Positions 10,014 to 18,485 of a stretch of DNA of 32,000 nucleotides are shown here, one piece after another. This stretch comes from Candidatus Kuenenia stuttgartensis (lineage in GTDB: Bacteria; Planctomycetota; Brocadiia; Brocadiales; Brocadiaceae): contig NZ_LT934425.1 of NCBI RefSeq assembly GCF_900232105.1, positions 2,280,001 through 2,312,000 of the forward strand, in the 5' to 3' direction. The first letter of the stretch is position 1; the number at the start of each line of letters is the position of its first letter. The notes below the pieces were generated by a model that was given only the letters and a program-made list of their open reading frames with translations, did not search any database and had not been told where the DNA came from. Made by a program: the position numbers and the translations under genes.

Positions 10014-11266
10014 GTGCTTTCCTGCAAGACCTGATTGAGTTTCGTAATGCTGTATTCCAGAAGGTCCTTTACATATTTAATGTTGTGGGCGCCGTTACTC
10101 CCATCTTCCTTGATAAAATAATAATTCGACTCCGCTTCGGTAATAACATGCCCTGCATTCGGAAGAGGGAGTTTTTTTGCCCTTTTCAAAAGAAGCTTTA
10201 GCAACCTCATTCTTTTCGAGACGAAAGATATTTGCTCAGATACTATTTTGTCAAATCCACTGTCATGGCAATTGTTGCATACCTCCGGCGCTACTTTTGA
10301 TAATAATACGTCCTTGTGGCATGCAGAGCAATTGAGCGTTGCGATAAACATGGGATCGGGTTCGTCCGCAATGCCTGCGCCGCCCGTTCCCGCCATAACC
10401 ATCCATTGCGTTTTGTAGAGAGAGAGGTCAAATGTGCGGTTCGGAATATTTGAAAGCACAACTCCATTTTTCTTCATAGCGGTATGTATAATGGCACTGT
10501 GGCATGCAACACATGATGTTTTGTGATTCATTATATGGATATCATGCATGTCCGGTGCAGTATACTTTTCCTGAATAGTTTGATGGCATACATAACAATT
10601 CTCCCTGACAACGGCGCCGTTTCCCTGTACAACAGCGAAATGACAATCGGAACAACCCACGTTCTTCCTTTCTTCATAAGCAATGTGGTTAAATGTGTTG
10701 CCGTAAATTTGAATGTTTTTTTCTACGGGAGCATGACACAAGGTACATTCGGAAATGGGTTGTTTCTCCCTTGTGAGAAGCGCCTGTTGCATGCCGGCAA
10801 AATGACATACATTGCAGGTATCGGCCTCTGTCTCAAAATGTCTTCTGCCATTACCATGCGAGTGGCAGGAGACACAGCGCAACGTAAGATTGCCTGGAAA
10901 ATGCTTTGTATGTGTTGCATGCCGGAAATCTCTTGTTTTTTTGAATCGGGTTGCCGTTTCTGAGAGTTTTTGTAAAGGATGACACAGTTCTGATGTACAA
11001 CGTTCATCCGCCATTTCGACCGCCATTACCTTCATGCTTCTGTTTTCGGGTGCATGGCAGTCGATACAGGCAATGTTCCCTGACAAGACATTGTAGCATT
11101 TATTGTTGAATGTGACGTCCGAATGGCACTTGCCGCAATATTGTGTATACTTCACCTTCGTCACGGTAAAAAACAGCGCTGCCACAGCAATTGCAATGGC
11201 TATGAGTGCAGAGATTGCCAGCCGGACGGCGTGTCTTTTATTTAAATTTTTTACTTCTTCAAACAT
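10010..11266 (-). CDS. Membrane-anchored multiheme cytochrome c (10 CxxCH plus one C-x4-CH), NapC/NrfH-like N-terminus
   Basis: The N-terminal TM helix AISALIAIAIAVAALFFTV is followed at once by CGKCH. Further motifs are CIDCH, CVSCH, CNVCH, CTLCH, CSDCH, CYVCH, CVACH, CSACH and CNNCH, plus CTSELCH. A 4-nt overlap joins it to the next gene. Confidence 0.85.
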   Translation of the reverse strand: MFEEVKNLNKRHAVRLAISALIAIAIAVAALFFTVTKVKYTQYCGKCHSDVTFNNKCYNVLSGNIACIDCHAPENRSMKVMAVEMADERCTSELCHPLQKLSETATRFKKTRDFRHATHTKHFPGNLTLRCVSCHSHGNGRRHFETEADTCNVCHFAGMQQALLTREKQPISECTLCHAPVEKNIQIYGNTFNHIAYEERKNVGCSDCHFAVVQGNGAVVRENCYVCHQTIQEKYTAPDMHDIHIMNHKTSCVACHSAIIHTAMKKNGVVLSNIPNRTFDLSLYKTQWMVMAGTGGAGIADEPDPMFIATLNCSACHKDVLLSKVAPEVCNNCHDSGFDKIVSEQISFVSKRMRLLKLLLKRAKKLPLPNAGHVITEAESNYYFIKEDGSNGAHNIKYVKDLLEYSITKLNQVLQEST

Positions 11267-11287
11267 GATTTATTCTTCACTTACAAC

Positions 11288-11384
11288 GTAACACTTTAGT
11301 CTTTTGAAACTGGAAATTGTCATTTGTAGTGCGACGAGGTTCGTCGCACTACATGGTAGAGACAGGTTTCAAACCTGTCTCTAC
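11288..11384. repeat. Solo MITE-family-3 end followed by two GTAG...CTAC hairpins
   Basis: gtaacactttagtcttttgaaa is the same as the left end of the element at 12887. It is followed by the perfect hairpins gtagtgcgacgaggttcgtcgcactac (11326-11352) and gtagagacaggtttcaaacctgtctctac (11356-11384). The region lies between two cytochrome genes. Confidence 0.75.
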
Positions 11385-11430
11385 TTAGATATCTCAAGTG
11401 AGGAACGAGCCGCAACCACTGGAATCAAAA

Positions 11431-12435
11431 TCAATGCGAATATATTTTTTCCGCCAAAACGATGGATATGTCACGGTTTAATGACGTTCTTATCATTCTT
11501 GCCCTGAGGGTACAGACATTATCTTTCAGCGTAAAGTGGAATGGTATCATTCGCTTCTCCTTATAGTGCAGCGCTGTTTTCAATTCTACAAACAGGCTTG
11601 TCTCTCTGTAGCCTGCAACATGCCCCGTTTTATTTAACAACTCTATTGTCACGAGCACTTCCCGGTATCCGTAGTCACCCGTTGGTACACTATGCGGGAT
11701 GCCGGTATTGGTTATTTCAAGTGCGCCTTCAATAGCATCTTCTGTTTGAACTATTTTAGTAAAGCAAAGGGACAACATATGCTCGTCAACGGGAATTAAC
11801 TCCTGAAAAGAAAAAAGATGCTGCTTGCCTTCCCGCTTTGGATATATCTTTTGCCAGGGTTCATCCTGAATAAGTTTTCGGACTATTTCCGGCATATGGC
11901 AGTCCTGGCAGGTCTTTTTATCTTCGGCGTCTTTTATTTCTTTCCAGACGTTATACGTGCCGGCGTGGCATTTTCCGCAAAGTTCACTGCTCTTGTAAAA
12001 CATATTCATCCCGGTAACCGGATGTGGGGCGCGGGCAGGGGTTGGTCCGGCGAGTGTGCAGTCATTTAAATGGCAGGCATTGCAATTGACCCCCTCTTCA
12101 ACATGTATATTCCGAGGGACGATGCTTGCATCGGTAAAAATGGTTTCCGGTACGTGGCATCCAAGGCAAAAAGTGAATGAATAATCAAATGCTTGTTCCC
12201 TGAAGGCATTGCTGGTATAACTTCCGGCATGGGGAGAATCTTTCCATTCATGGTAAATATCAATATGGCAATCGCCGCATTTTCCCGCTTCAGGTGACTT
12301 CATGCCTGTTTCCACCAGCTCAGGGTAAATAATGCAGCCGCTGATAATGAAGGCCATCGGAAAGAAAAAGATAACTATGAAAAAGGGGAACAGACGTCTG
12401 CCCATTGATGCATTTTCAGGATTGCTTTGTATCAT
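11431..12435 (-). CDS. Pentaheme cytochrome c, probable lipoprotein
   Basis: Motifs are CGDCH, CLGCH, CNACH, CGKCH and CQDCH. A signal peptide with a lipobox-like IISGC follows MGRRLFPFFIVIFFFPMAF. The likely start is Met at 12435 (gagga upstream) or 12405. The ORF-track start at 12513 would overlap the upstream gene by about 100 nt. Confidence 0.8.
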   Translation of the reverse strand: MIQSNPENASMGRRLFPFFIVIFFFPMAFIISGCIIYPELVETGMKSPEAGKCGDCHIDIYHEWKDSPHAGSYTSNAFREQAFDYSFTFCLGCHVPETIFTDASIVPRNIHVEEGVNCNACHLNDCTLAGPTPARAPHPVTGMNMFYKSSELCGKCHAGTYNVWKEIKDAEDKKTCQDCHMPEIVRKLIQDEPWQKIYPKREGKQHLFSFQELIPVDEHMLSLCFTKIVQTEDAIEGALEITNTGIPHSVPTGDYGYREVLVTIELLNKTGHVAGYRETSLFVELKTALHYKEKRMIPFHFTLKDNVCTLRARMIRTSLNRDISIVLAEKIYSH

Positions 12436-12730
12436 GCCTTCGTTTTCCTCTGAAAATGAATGGAAGGAAGATAAAGAACAAGGCGCTTGCCACAAGAATA
12501 AAAATAAAGACAAATTCGTTGTGGATACATTTTTTGAGCAAATAGACGGGAATGAAAAACCACGGAATATGTTCCGGTTTGTTTACAGGGTTAAACGGGA
12601 GCGGGAAAAATAAAACGGCAAGGAGGTCAAGCACCACAAGAAAGCAACCAACGATAATGTACCGGAACATTTCGTTCGGGAAAAAGGGTTCCAGCATATC
12701 CGGACGTTTGTTTTTCGTGTAATCTTTCAT
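12416..12730 (-). CDS. Cytochrome b C-terminal-domain / b6f subunit IV-like membrane protein
   Basis: 104 aa with 3 hydrophobic helices. PFFPNEMFRYIIV and NKPEHIPWFFIPVYLLKK resemble the PF(Y/F)P...LR and P(E/P)HIKPEWYF(L)P signatures of the cytochrome b C-terminal domain/PetD. No cytochrome b N-terminal-domain gene is adjacent. Confidence 0.55.
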   Translation of the reverse strand: MKDYTKNKRPDMLEPFFPNEMFRYIIVGCFLVVLDLLAVLFFPLPFNPVNKPEHIPWFFIPVYLLKKCIHNEFVFIFILVASALFFIFLPFIFRGKRRHDTKQS

Positions 12731-12886
12731 AAGATATGAAGTGTGTATTCCTCTTCTAATGTCTCTTTAGTCAATACCTTTTTTCTTCGGAAAAGACGCA
12801 GATAGCCATTGCACAAGTCATTGCGTTGATGAATTGTAATTACTAAGCAAAACAATATATGCCAAGCATTTTTAATGCGAATGTTT

Positions 12887-13072
12887 GTAACACTTTAGTC
12901 TTTTGAAAATTGATACACATATTTTAGCTTAATATGGGTGGCACGGACAAGCAGTGCTTGTCCGTGGTCGTGTGCAAATGGGGCTACGTCTAATTTCCAC
13001 ACGGACAAACGGAGTTTGTCCGTGCCACCCAAAACTAAACTGCAACATATTTTCAAAAAGCTAAATTGTTAC
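12887..13072. mobile_element. MITE family 3, complete 186-bp copy with 8-bp target-site duplication
   Basis: Ends are gtaacactttagtcttttgaaaat / attttcaaaaagctaaattgttac. It is flanked by direct gaatgttt at 12879-12886 and 13073-13080. The core is a long palindrome gggtggcacggacaagc..gcttgtccgtg ... cacggacaaac..gtttgtccgtgccaccc. Confidence 0.8.
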
Positions 13073-13199
13073 GAATGTTTTGAGTTAAACAACCACATGG
13101 CAATGGTTAAAATAAAGAACGCAAACGATTTTGACAGAGATTTTTGCGCCTATGTGTAATATTTACAATGCCATGCCGGGTATAGTCAAAACATAGAGA

Positions 13200-13778
13200 C
13201 TATTTTGCGCTTATTTCCAAAGTGGTGGTGTAGACGTAATCATCCGTCTCACTGCCTTTACCATCAGCATCAACGCCTGCCGCGTAAAATGTTATTGGCT
13301 CCGTAGCGTCGGTAGGAGCCGTCCACTTCACCTTCCAGTTCTTTTTCTTTGTTCCCTTATACGTATGTTCTATATATTTATCCTTGTCAGCTTTATCAAG
13401 TCCCCGATAATCATCCGCAGGAATAACCTGTGTGGTATTCCCGATTTTTTTAAATTTTCCCACTCTGTTTCCGCTTGCATCAACCGCAGTCATTTCAAAC
13501 CCACGTTTTTTTCCACTGGAGTTGCTAAATGCTACCTTTAATTTGATAGTTTTTCCAGGGGTATACTCATAGGGACCGGAAATAGAAAATTCAGCATCCC
13601 CGGAATCGTTGGTGTATGTATCATGGCAACCACTTGCATTACAGGTGCCGGAATCATCAGGAGCTCCGGTACGGTAAGCATCAGGACCGCTTGCCGATGC
13701 AAATACTGCACTTGAAAACATACTGCATAACGATACACTCAACGCCAAACAAGAAAGAGAATTCTTTACTATTTTCAC
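13200..13778 (-). CDS. Exported beta-rich protein with N-terminal GAP...C-x3-G-C-H motif, function unknown
   Basis: The signal peptide MKIVKNSLSCLALSVSLCSMFSSAVFASA is followed by YRTGAPDDSGTCNASGCH. The rest alternates hydrophilic and hydrophobic residues in a beta-sandwich-like pattern. Confidence 0.6.
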   Translation of the reverse strand: MKIVKNSLSCLALSVSLCSMFSSAVFASASGPDAYRTGAPDDSGTCNASGCHDTYTNDSGDAEFSISGPYEYTPGKTIKLKVAFSNSSGKKRGFEMTAVDASGNRVGKFKKIGNTTQVIPADDYRGLDKADKDKYIEHTYKGTKKKNWKVKWTAPTDATEPITFYAAGVDADGKGSETDDYVYTTTLEISAK

Positions 13779-13819
13779 ATTACAACTCCTTACAATAAAT
13801 GTTTTTATTCATACAGATA

Positions 13820-14683
13820 CTATTTCTTTTTTAAGGTAATTTCCAATGGTGTTACATCTGTTTGATTCATTTGATAGGATTGATTGTAAGCATCGTAACC
13901 TTTCTTATACACTTTCATGGAATACGCACCTGCCTTCACTTTTTCAAGAATAAATTCACCGCCTTCGTCTGTTTTCGTTTGATATTTGATCTTACCATTT
14001 TTACTGAGGCGTACTTTAGCGCCGGCAACGGGTTCTCCGGCTACATCAATCGTATCCGATAAATACTCCCGGGCATTATATTCAACAATCCAATCCTTTA
14101 TTGTGTTATATTCACTATTGCTGTTGAGGTTCGGCCACATAGTACCCTCGCTGGAATTTTTATCAAGTTTTCTCAATAAGAGAGAATCCTCACTTCCCGG
14201 AGTAACCAATCTTGGATCCGTTACTTCAGCATATGTCGTCAAGGGTATGCTACTTTCAGAGCCACCCTCTTTGTGGCACGAAATACATTTGGCGTCGAGA
14301 ATCGACTTTACACTGCTCTCATAACTTATCTCCGAAGAATTACCTCCGTTATCATTACTGGTTACCATACCAGCAAGATCGAGGTCATTTGTATTTATAA
14401 ATACTCTGCCCTCTGCTTCGGTAGTATGACAACCATCCGCATTACAACCACCATTTTCTGCGCCGGTCGGCATCGATACCGTACGGCCACGATAAGATAC
14501 AGATATGGTAAACGGTGCTGTTAAATCCTTCTCTGAGTAAAAATTTCCTAACTGATCTGATCGCAAGCGTACTTTTTGGCCATTAGCGTCTGTTATTTTT
14601 ATTTTTGCACTCTTTCTCGCATTTGAACCTTCAGCATCATCATAAATCCCCCTTTCCGGAAAGATTTCAACAAAATCCTTATT
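13820..14683 (-). pseudogene. 5'-truncated gene: C-x4-CH + PSCyt1-like CxxCH domain + carboxypeptidase-regulatory-like domain protein
   Basis: The frame is open from 14683 with no ATG and no signal peptide for about 40 codons; the ORF track begins at a TTG. It contains GAENGGCNADGCH. SVKSILDAKCISCHKEGG matches the planctomycete cytochrome c (PSCyt1) pattern. The C-terminal VAGEPVAGAKVRLS...TDEGGEFILEKVKAGAYSMKVYKKGY matches the CarboxypepD_reg-like pattern. The open frame abuts the IS. Confidence 0.6.
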
Positions 14684-14686
14684 TTA

Positions 14687-16655
14687 AGCGGGTTTCCACA
14701 AATTCAAAATAATATGTAGTCGCAGAATAAATGGCCTATTTATTAATACAAATCCTTTATAACCCTATAAATACTGACTTGACAAAATATTTTATTAATG
14801 ATAGTGTAGTCAAAGAATATTGGGACTACATTATGCACCTTACTTATAGCGATTCTAAATACAAAGGGAAAACCTATAAATCTTACTCTATTGCCGAATC
14901 CTACAGGGATGGCAAAAAGGTCAGAAAAAGAATACTTTGGCCCATCGGGAAACTTTCCGATATTCAAGCCGAGCAAATCAAACTGATATGTAAAACAGTT
15001 GAAAACACAGATCAATTGCAGACTCAGCTCAAAGACGTTGCAGTCCTGGAAAGCAGGGCATATCTCGATATAGCCGTTGTTAATGAGTTGTGGAACCAGT
15101 GGCAGCTTGATCAGGCTTTTGACTACGATGTCACTGCAGGCGCCCTTCCTACCAATATGATTGCAAAGATACTGACTATTAACAGGTGCACCGATCCGTG
15201 TTCTCATTATTCCATTCCTCATTGGGCGAAAAAGAGCGCGCTGGAGGACATTCTTAAAATTGATCTTTCAGGCCTAAATGACGATAAAATCTATTATGAA
15301 TTAGATAAAATACACAAAAACAAAATATCTATAGAGAACCACCTTTTTAACCAAACCTTCTGGAAACGTCCGGAATCCTATAAATTTATCAACTACGACC
15401 TAACTACTTCCTACTTTGTGGGATATAACTGTGATCTATCGGCATTTGGCAAGGGCAAAATAGAGTGTCATGGCAGGCGGCAGGTCTTACTGGGTGTTCT
15501 TATCAACTCTGAGGGATATCCTTTCAAATGGGATGTATTCCCCGGGAACACCGCTGAGGTAAAAACCCTCAAACAGAATATCAATGCCTGTAAAACCAGA
15601 TTCAAATTGACTGATAAAAACGTCACCCTTGTATTTGACAGAGGCATAATCTCTGAGGACAATGCCAATTTGATAGAAGAAGCCAAACTCAAATACATCT
15701 CGGCATTGGATAGAAATCAGATACCCTCTTGCGGTGTCAGTTTAAAGTCTCTTAATGGGTTATCCATAGAAGATAAGGACGCCTCCGATATACCTATCCC
15801 GCAAGGGTTTTTAAACTATGATGATGAATTATACTACCATGACAATGGCGTCATAGGAAACAAGCGTTTTATTACCGGTTTTAATCCCACTTTATTTATA
15901 GAAGACCGCAATAATAGAGACGAGAAAATAACCTTTTTTAAGGATTATCTCAAAGAAGAGAATAAAAACCTTAAAAATGCCCAAAGAGACCGGCAATATG
16001 ACGCAACAAAGAGCCGCATTGTAGATGAGCTGAAAAGGTTAAAGATTCATAAATATTTCGAAGACCCTGTTCTGACGTCCATCACCGTTACCCATAGACT
16101 GAAAAACGGGCAGGTCAAATCCGTCAAAAGTTTCAAAATAGAAATCAAGCTGTTAACTGATGTTATAGCCGCAGATAGATTGTTGGATGGCGTATGTGTT
16201 TTTATCACTAACCATACAGAACGGGAAGATGGAGGTGCGTTTAAAGCAAAACCCCAATCTATAGTTAGAGCCTATCGGGACAAGACAAAAATAGAAGATG
16301 TCTTTAAAAATGTAAAATCGTTCTTAAAAATCAGGCCCTTCTTTGTCAATACCGAGGCACATGTTAAAGCCGTCTATACTATCTGCATCCTGGCATATTT
16401 TATAAACCGTTATCTATCAAACCAACGAAAGGCAATAGGAGAAAAAGATTTTTTAAACTCAAAGGAACTCTATGCGCCGTTCAAAGATATAGATATCGCC
16501 ACTCTTGAGGCTAAAAATACCGGTGAAACCTTAAAGAAAGCCGTGAAACTTCCCGCCGTCACACAAATGCTATTGGAAAAACTTGGAATGTCCAATGTTG
16601 TTTTCGGCCAGTAATTAAAAGACTTCCAAAAGACATGTAGTCGCAGAATCAATGT
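14687..16655 (+). mobile_element. Insertion sequence, IS4 family (IS1634-like); boundaries approximate
   Basis: It has a single large DDE transposase ORF. The flanking host ORF fragments stop or open at 14684-14686 and 16656-16658. I could not identify terminal inverted repeats. Instead, a ~40-nt imperfect direct repeat (ttccacaaa..atgtagtcgcagaataaatg / ttccaaaag..atgtagtcgcagaatcaatg) sits on both sides of the transposase ORF. Confidence 0.6.
14731..16614 (+). CDS. DDE transposase, IS4 family (IS1634 group-like)
   Basis: 627 aa. It has VFDRGIISEDN (second catalytic D context) and a C-terminal YRDKTKIEDVFKNVK. The latter fits the IS4 Y-x2-(R/K)-x3-E-x6-K signature. The size is typical of IS1634-group transposases. 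Confidence 0.8.
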   Translation: MAYLLIQILYNPINTDLTKYFINDSVVKEYWDYIMHLTYSDSKYKGKTYKSYSIAESYRDGKKVRKRILWPIGKLSDIQAEQIKLICKTVENTDQLQTQLKDVAVLESRAYLDIAVVNELWNQWQLDQAFDYDVTAGALPTNMIAKILTINRCTDPCSHYSIPHWAKKSALEDILKIDLSGLNDDKIYYELDKIHKNKISIENHLFNQTFWKRPESYKFINYDLTTSYFVGYNCDLSAFGKGKIECHGRRQVLLGVLINSEGYPFKWDVFPGNTAEVKTLKQNINACKTRFKLTDKNVTLVFDRGIISEDNANLIEEAKLKYISALDRNQIPSCGVSLKSLNGLSIEDKDASDIPIPQGFLNYDDELYYHDNGVIGNKRFITGFNPTLFIEDRNNRDEKITFFKDYLKEENKNLKNAQRDRQYDATKSRIVDELKRLKIHKYFEDPVLTSITVTHRLKNGQVKSVKSFKIEIKLLTDVIAADRLLDGVCVFITNHTEREDGGAFKAKPQSIVRAYRDKTKIEDVFKNVKSFLKIRPFFVNTEAHVKAVYTICILAYFINRYLSNQRKAIGEKDFLNSKELYAPFKDIDIATLEAKNTGETLKKAVKLPAVTQMLLEKLGMSNVVFGQ

Positions 16656-17018
16656 TTATAAGTGTTTGCCAAATTTGACTTTAGTAATTTCTTTCCGGAA
16701 CATGGGATAAATCGTTCCCCCAATAGAAAACGTATGTTCTCTGCCTCCTGTGTGGCAACCGCTCGTCAAACAATTCCTTCCTGCGTTGTGAGAATCCTCG
16801 TCTTCACCATCATCATCATCATCTTCTTCCTCCCCATCTTCGTCTTCATCATTATTTATTTTATGATCAGCATCATTGCCCTTTTGTAATAAATAGACCC
16901 CGGTATTTTTATTCAAAACACCTGCAAATGACATTGAAATCACATATATTTGAAAAACAATTATTGCCAAAATACAGTAAATAGATTTCAGAAATTTTTT
17001 GTTCATTGAACTGTTCAT
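16656..17018 (-). pseudogene. N-terminal fragment of an exported acidic C-x4-CH protein, ending at the IS boundary
   Basis: The likely start is MNSSMNKKFLKSIYCILAIIVFQIYVISMSFAG (signal peptide). A D/E-rich tract (DEDEDGEEEDDDDDGEDED) follows, then GRNCLTSGCHTGGREHTFSIGGTIY. The stop lies immediately next to the IS-associated sequence. Confidence 0.5.
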
Positions 17019-17349
17019 AAAACGATCTTCCCGTAAAAAAGTTGAAACAAGGTATATATCCTGAAAAAGCACTTTTTGTTTGCCATTAGCTCTCAAAAAA
17101 CTTCTGCCCTCTATGGCTAAAGCAACTAGAATACCATACAATTCAGAAAGAATTTGCATTGATTATAAGTATCTGAAACATTATTACTTAAAATAAATTT
17201 ATCGTTTATTTTATCATTATTACAACACATGAATTTTTCAGACTTTTGTAATTTTTACAGATAACTATTGTAATTGTGACATTATTCAGGGGGTCAGAAA
17301 AAGATTCCTATCTTTTCGCGCTTTCGCGTTATATCCAAGATGCTCATAA

Positions 17350-17753
17350 AATATGAATTTTAAATTGTTAATTGGGTGGCACGGACAAACCTTGTTTGTC
17401 CGTGCCACCCTCTATCGATACTTAAATACTATATTAAATTTTTCTAAAAACAGATGCTTTTGACTATATCAGGAGGCTTACGTGTATTGATACCTGGATT
17501 GTATATTAAATTTTAGAAAAATAGATACTTTTGGCTATAAACAATTAGTAGAGACACGACATGTCGTGTCTCTACGTGACTCATGCTTCCCTGTCTGCGT
17601 ACGTTTCCGAAGGTAGCCAGACCGTCCCGGTCTGGGCGAGTCGCCTGTCTGCGTGCCGGGACGTATAGGCAAGGCCGCTTGTGTATTAAATATCACAAGC
17701 AGGATGCTTGTGTTACATTGTGCAGATAGTTACAAAAAATCGGGAATGCGCCC
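17350..17753. repeat. MITE family 1, copy lacking the left terminal repeat
   Basis: 17585-17753 is near-identical to the reverse complement of 26518-26686, including the right terminal repeat ttacaaaaaatcgggaatgcgccc. It contains the gggtggcacggacaaac..gtttgtccgtgccaccc hairpin (17374-17410), the GTAG hairpin 17548-17575, and an internal tandem duplication of the tattaaatttt..aaaaa.agat block. The left end is degenerate. Confidence 0.7.
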
Positions 17754-17776
17754 GGGAAATATGCTATAGTAGCCGC

Positions 17777-18280
17777 ATGAACGAAGAACATTCACCTATG
17801 AAATTGCTTATGAAAAGATTGCAGCATAATGAAAGTGAAGTGGTGCGCCAAGCCCTTGAAGAAATCGGCAGATCCGGAAAGGGGAATCGCGAGGCCATAA
17901 AAATGCTTCAGGATTTTTTAAAGGGAGAGCGGCGAATGCCTCTCCGCGTTTTGGCGGTTCAAACTATTGCGAAAATAAAGGAGTCCCCTCAATCTTCCAC
18001 AAAAGAATTCAAAAAACCGAACGTCTTTCAGTGTCCGGGGGCGGAGAAGATAAAAAGGGTTGAAATTTTGGAGGTAACGTGTCCCCACTGCCACCAGGAA
18101 GGTACGGCGTCGGTAGCCGGTTTTGAATATGAATTCGCATGCGAGAGCTGCGGGGGCATGATAAAGCGAGATATCCCTGAAAGCTGTATCGAGAAGTGTC
18201 CTATGGGAAGCGAGTGTGTTGGTGAAGGGCGTTATCAAAAATATTTACACGGCAGAAAAAAAGCTACTGGAGATACATAG
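17777..18280 (+). CDS. HEAT-repeat-like N-terminus + Cys-rich zinc-ribbon-like C-terminus protein, paralog A
   Basis: The probable start is MNEEHSPMKLL; the longer ORF-track start lies inside the MITE. VVRQALEEIGRSGKGNREAIKMLQDFLKGERRMPLRVLAVQTIAKI resembles PBS-lyase/HEAT-like repeats. The C-terminus has CPHC..CESC..CIEKC..C. It is about 95% identical to the 28830..29324 product. Confidence 0.6.
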   Translation: MNEEHSPMKLLMKRLQHNESEVVRQALEEIGRSGKGNREAIKMLQDFLKGERRMPLRVLAVQTIAKIKESPQSSTKEFKKPNVFQCPGAEKIKRVEILEVTCPHCHQEGTASVAGFEYEFACESCGGMIKRDIPESCIEKCPMGSECVGEGRYQKYLHGRKKATGDT

Positions 18281-18485
18281 CGCAGCAAAAAGTCGCAACC
18301 AAAAATGTAGAGACGCACGGCCGTGCGTCTCTACTAATCAATGCCTTACTGTTGCTTCGACAAGCTCCGCACGAGTATGCATTTTGAAAAACGAGCATTA
18401 AAAACAAGAAGTTGATGGATAGTAGTACAAAGAAAAACTTACAAAAAAAGAGGTTTTTACAGGGCAATATTATAAACCCATTTAC

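Noticed and set aside
10523-10963. Sizeable antisense or shadow ORFs in the track (e.g. 299..604-, 631..1017-, 10523..10963+, 10723..11007-, 14743..15222-, 17918..18238-, 28971..29291-, 5023..5307+, 13986..14324+).
   Set aside because: Each lies entirely within, and opposite to or out of frame with, a gene that has strong family signatures. Their sequences are low-complexity or Cys/Arg-rich in the way typical of reverse-strand translation of real genes.
12436-12513. The longer N-terminus (start at 12513) for the pentaheme cytochrome given by the ORF track.
   Set aside because: It would overlap the upstream cytochrome b-like gene by ~100 nt and add a non-signal-like leader. The internal Met codons at 12435 and 12405 precede a proper signal peptide/lipobox.
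14651-16702. ctttccggaa present on both sides of the IS (14651-14662 and 16691-16700) as its TSD or terminal repeat.
   Set aside because: ttccggaa is self-complementary and short. Taking it as a TSD or TIR gives no supporting inverted repeats beyond it, and joins the flanking coding fragments out of frame. It is probably coincidence or paralogous coding similarity.
18080-18094. CPHCH (and CPYCH at the equivalent site in paralog B) as a c-type heme-binding motif.
   Set aside because: The proteins have no signal peptide or TM segment. The motif is the first half of a CxxC...CxxC zinc-ribbon-like arrangement. The His is simply adjacent, and a cytoplasmic Zn site is the more economical reading.
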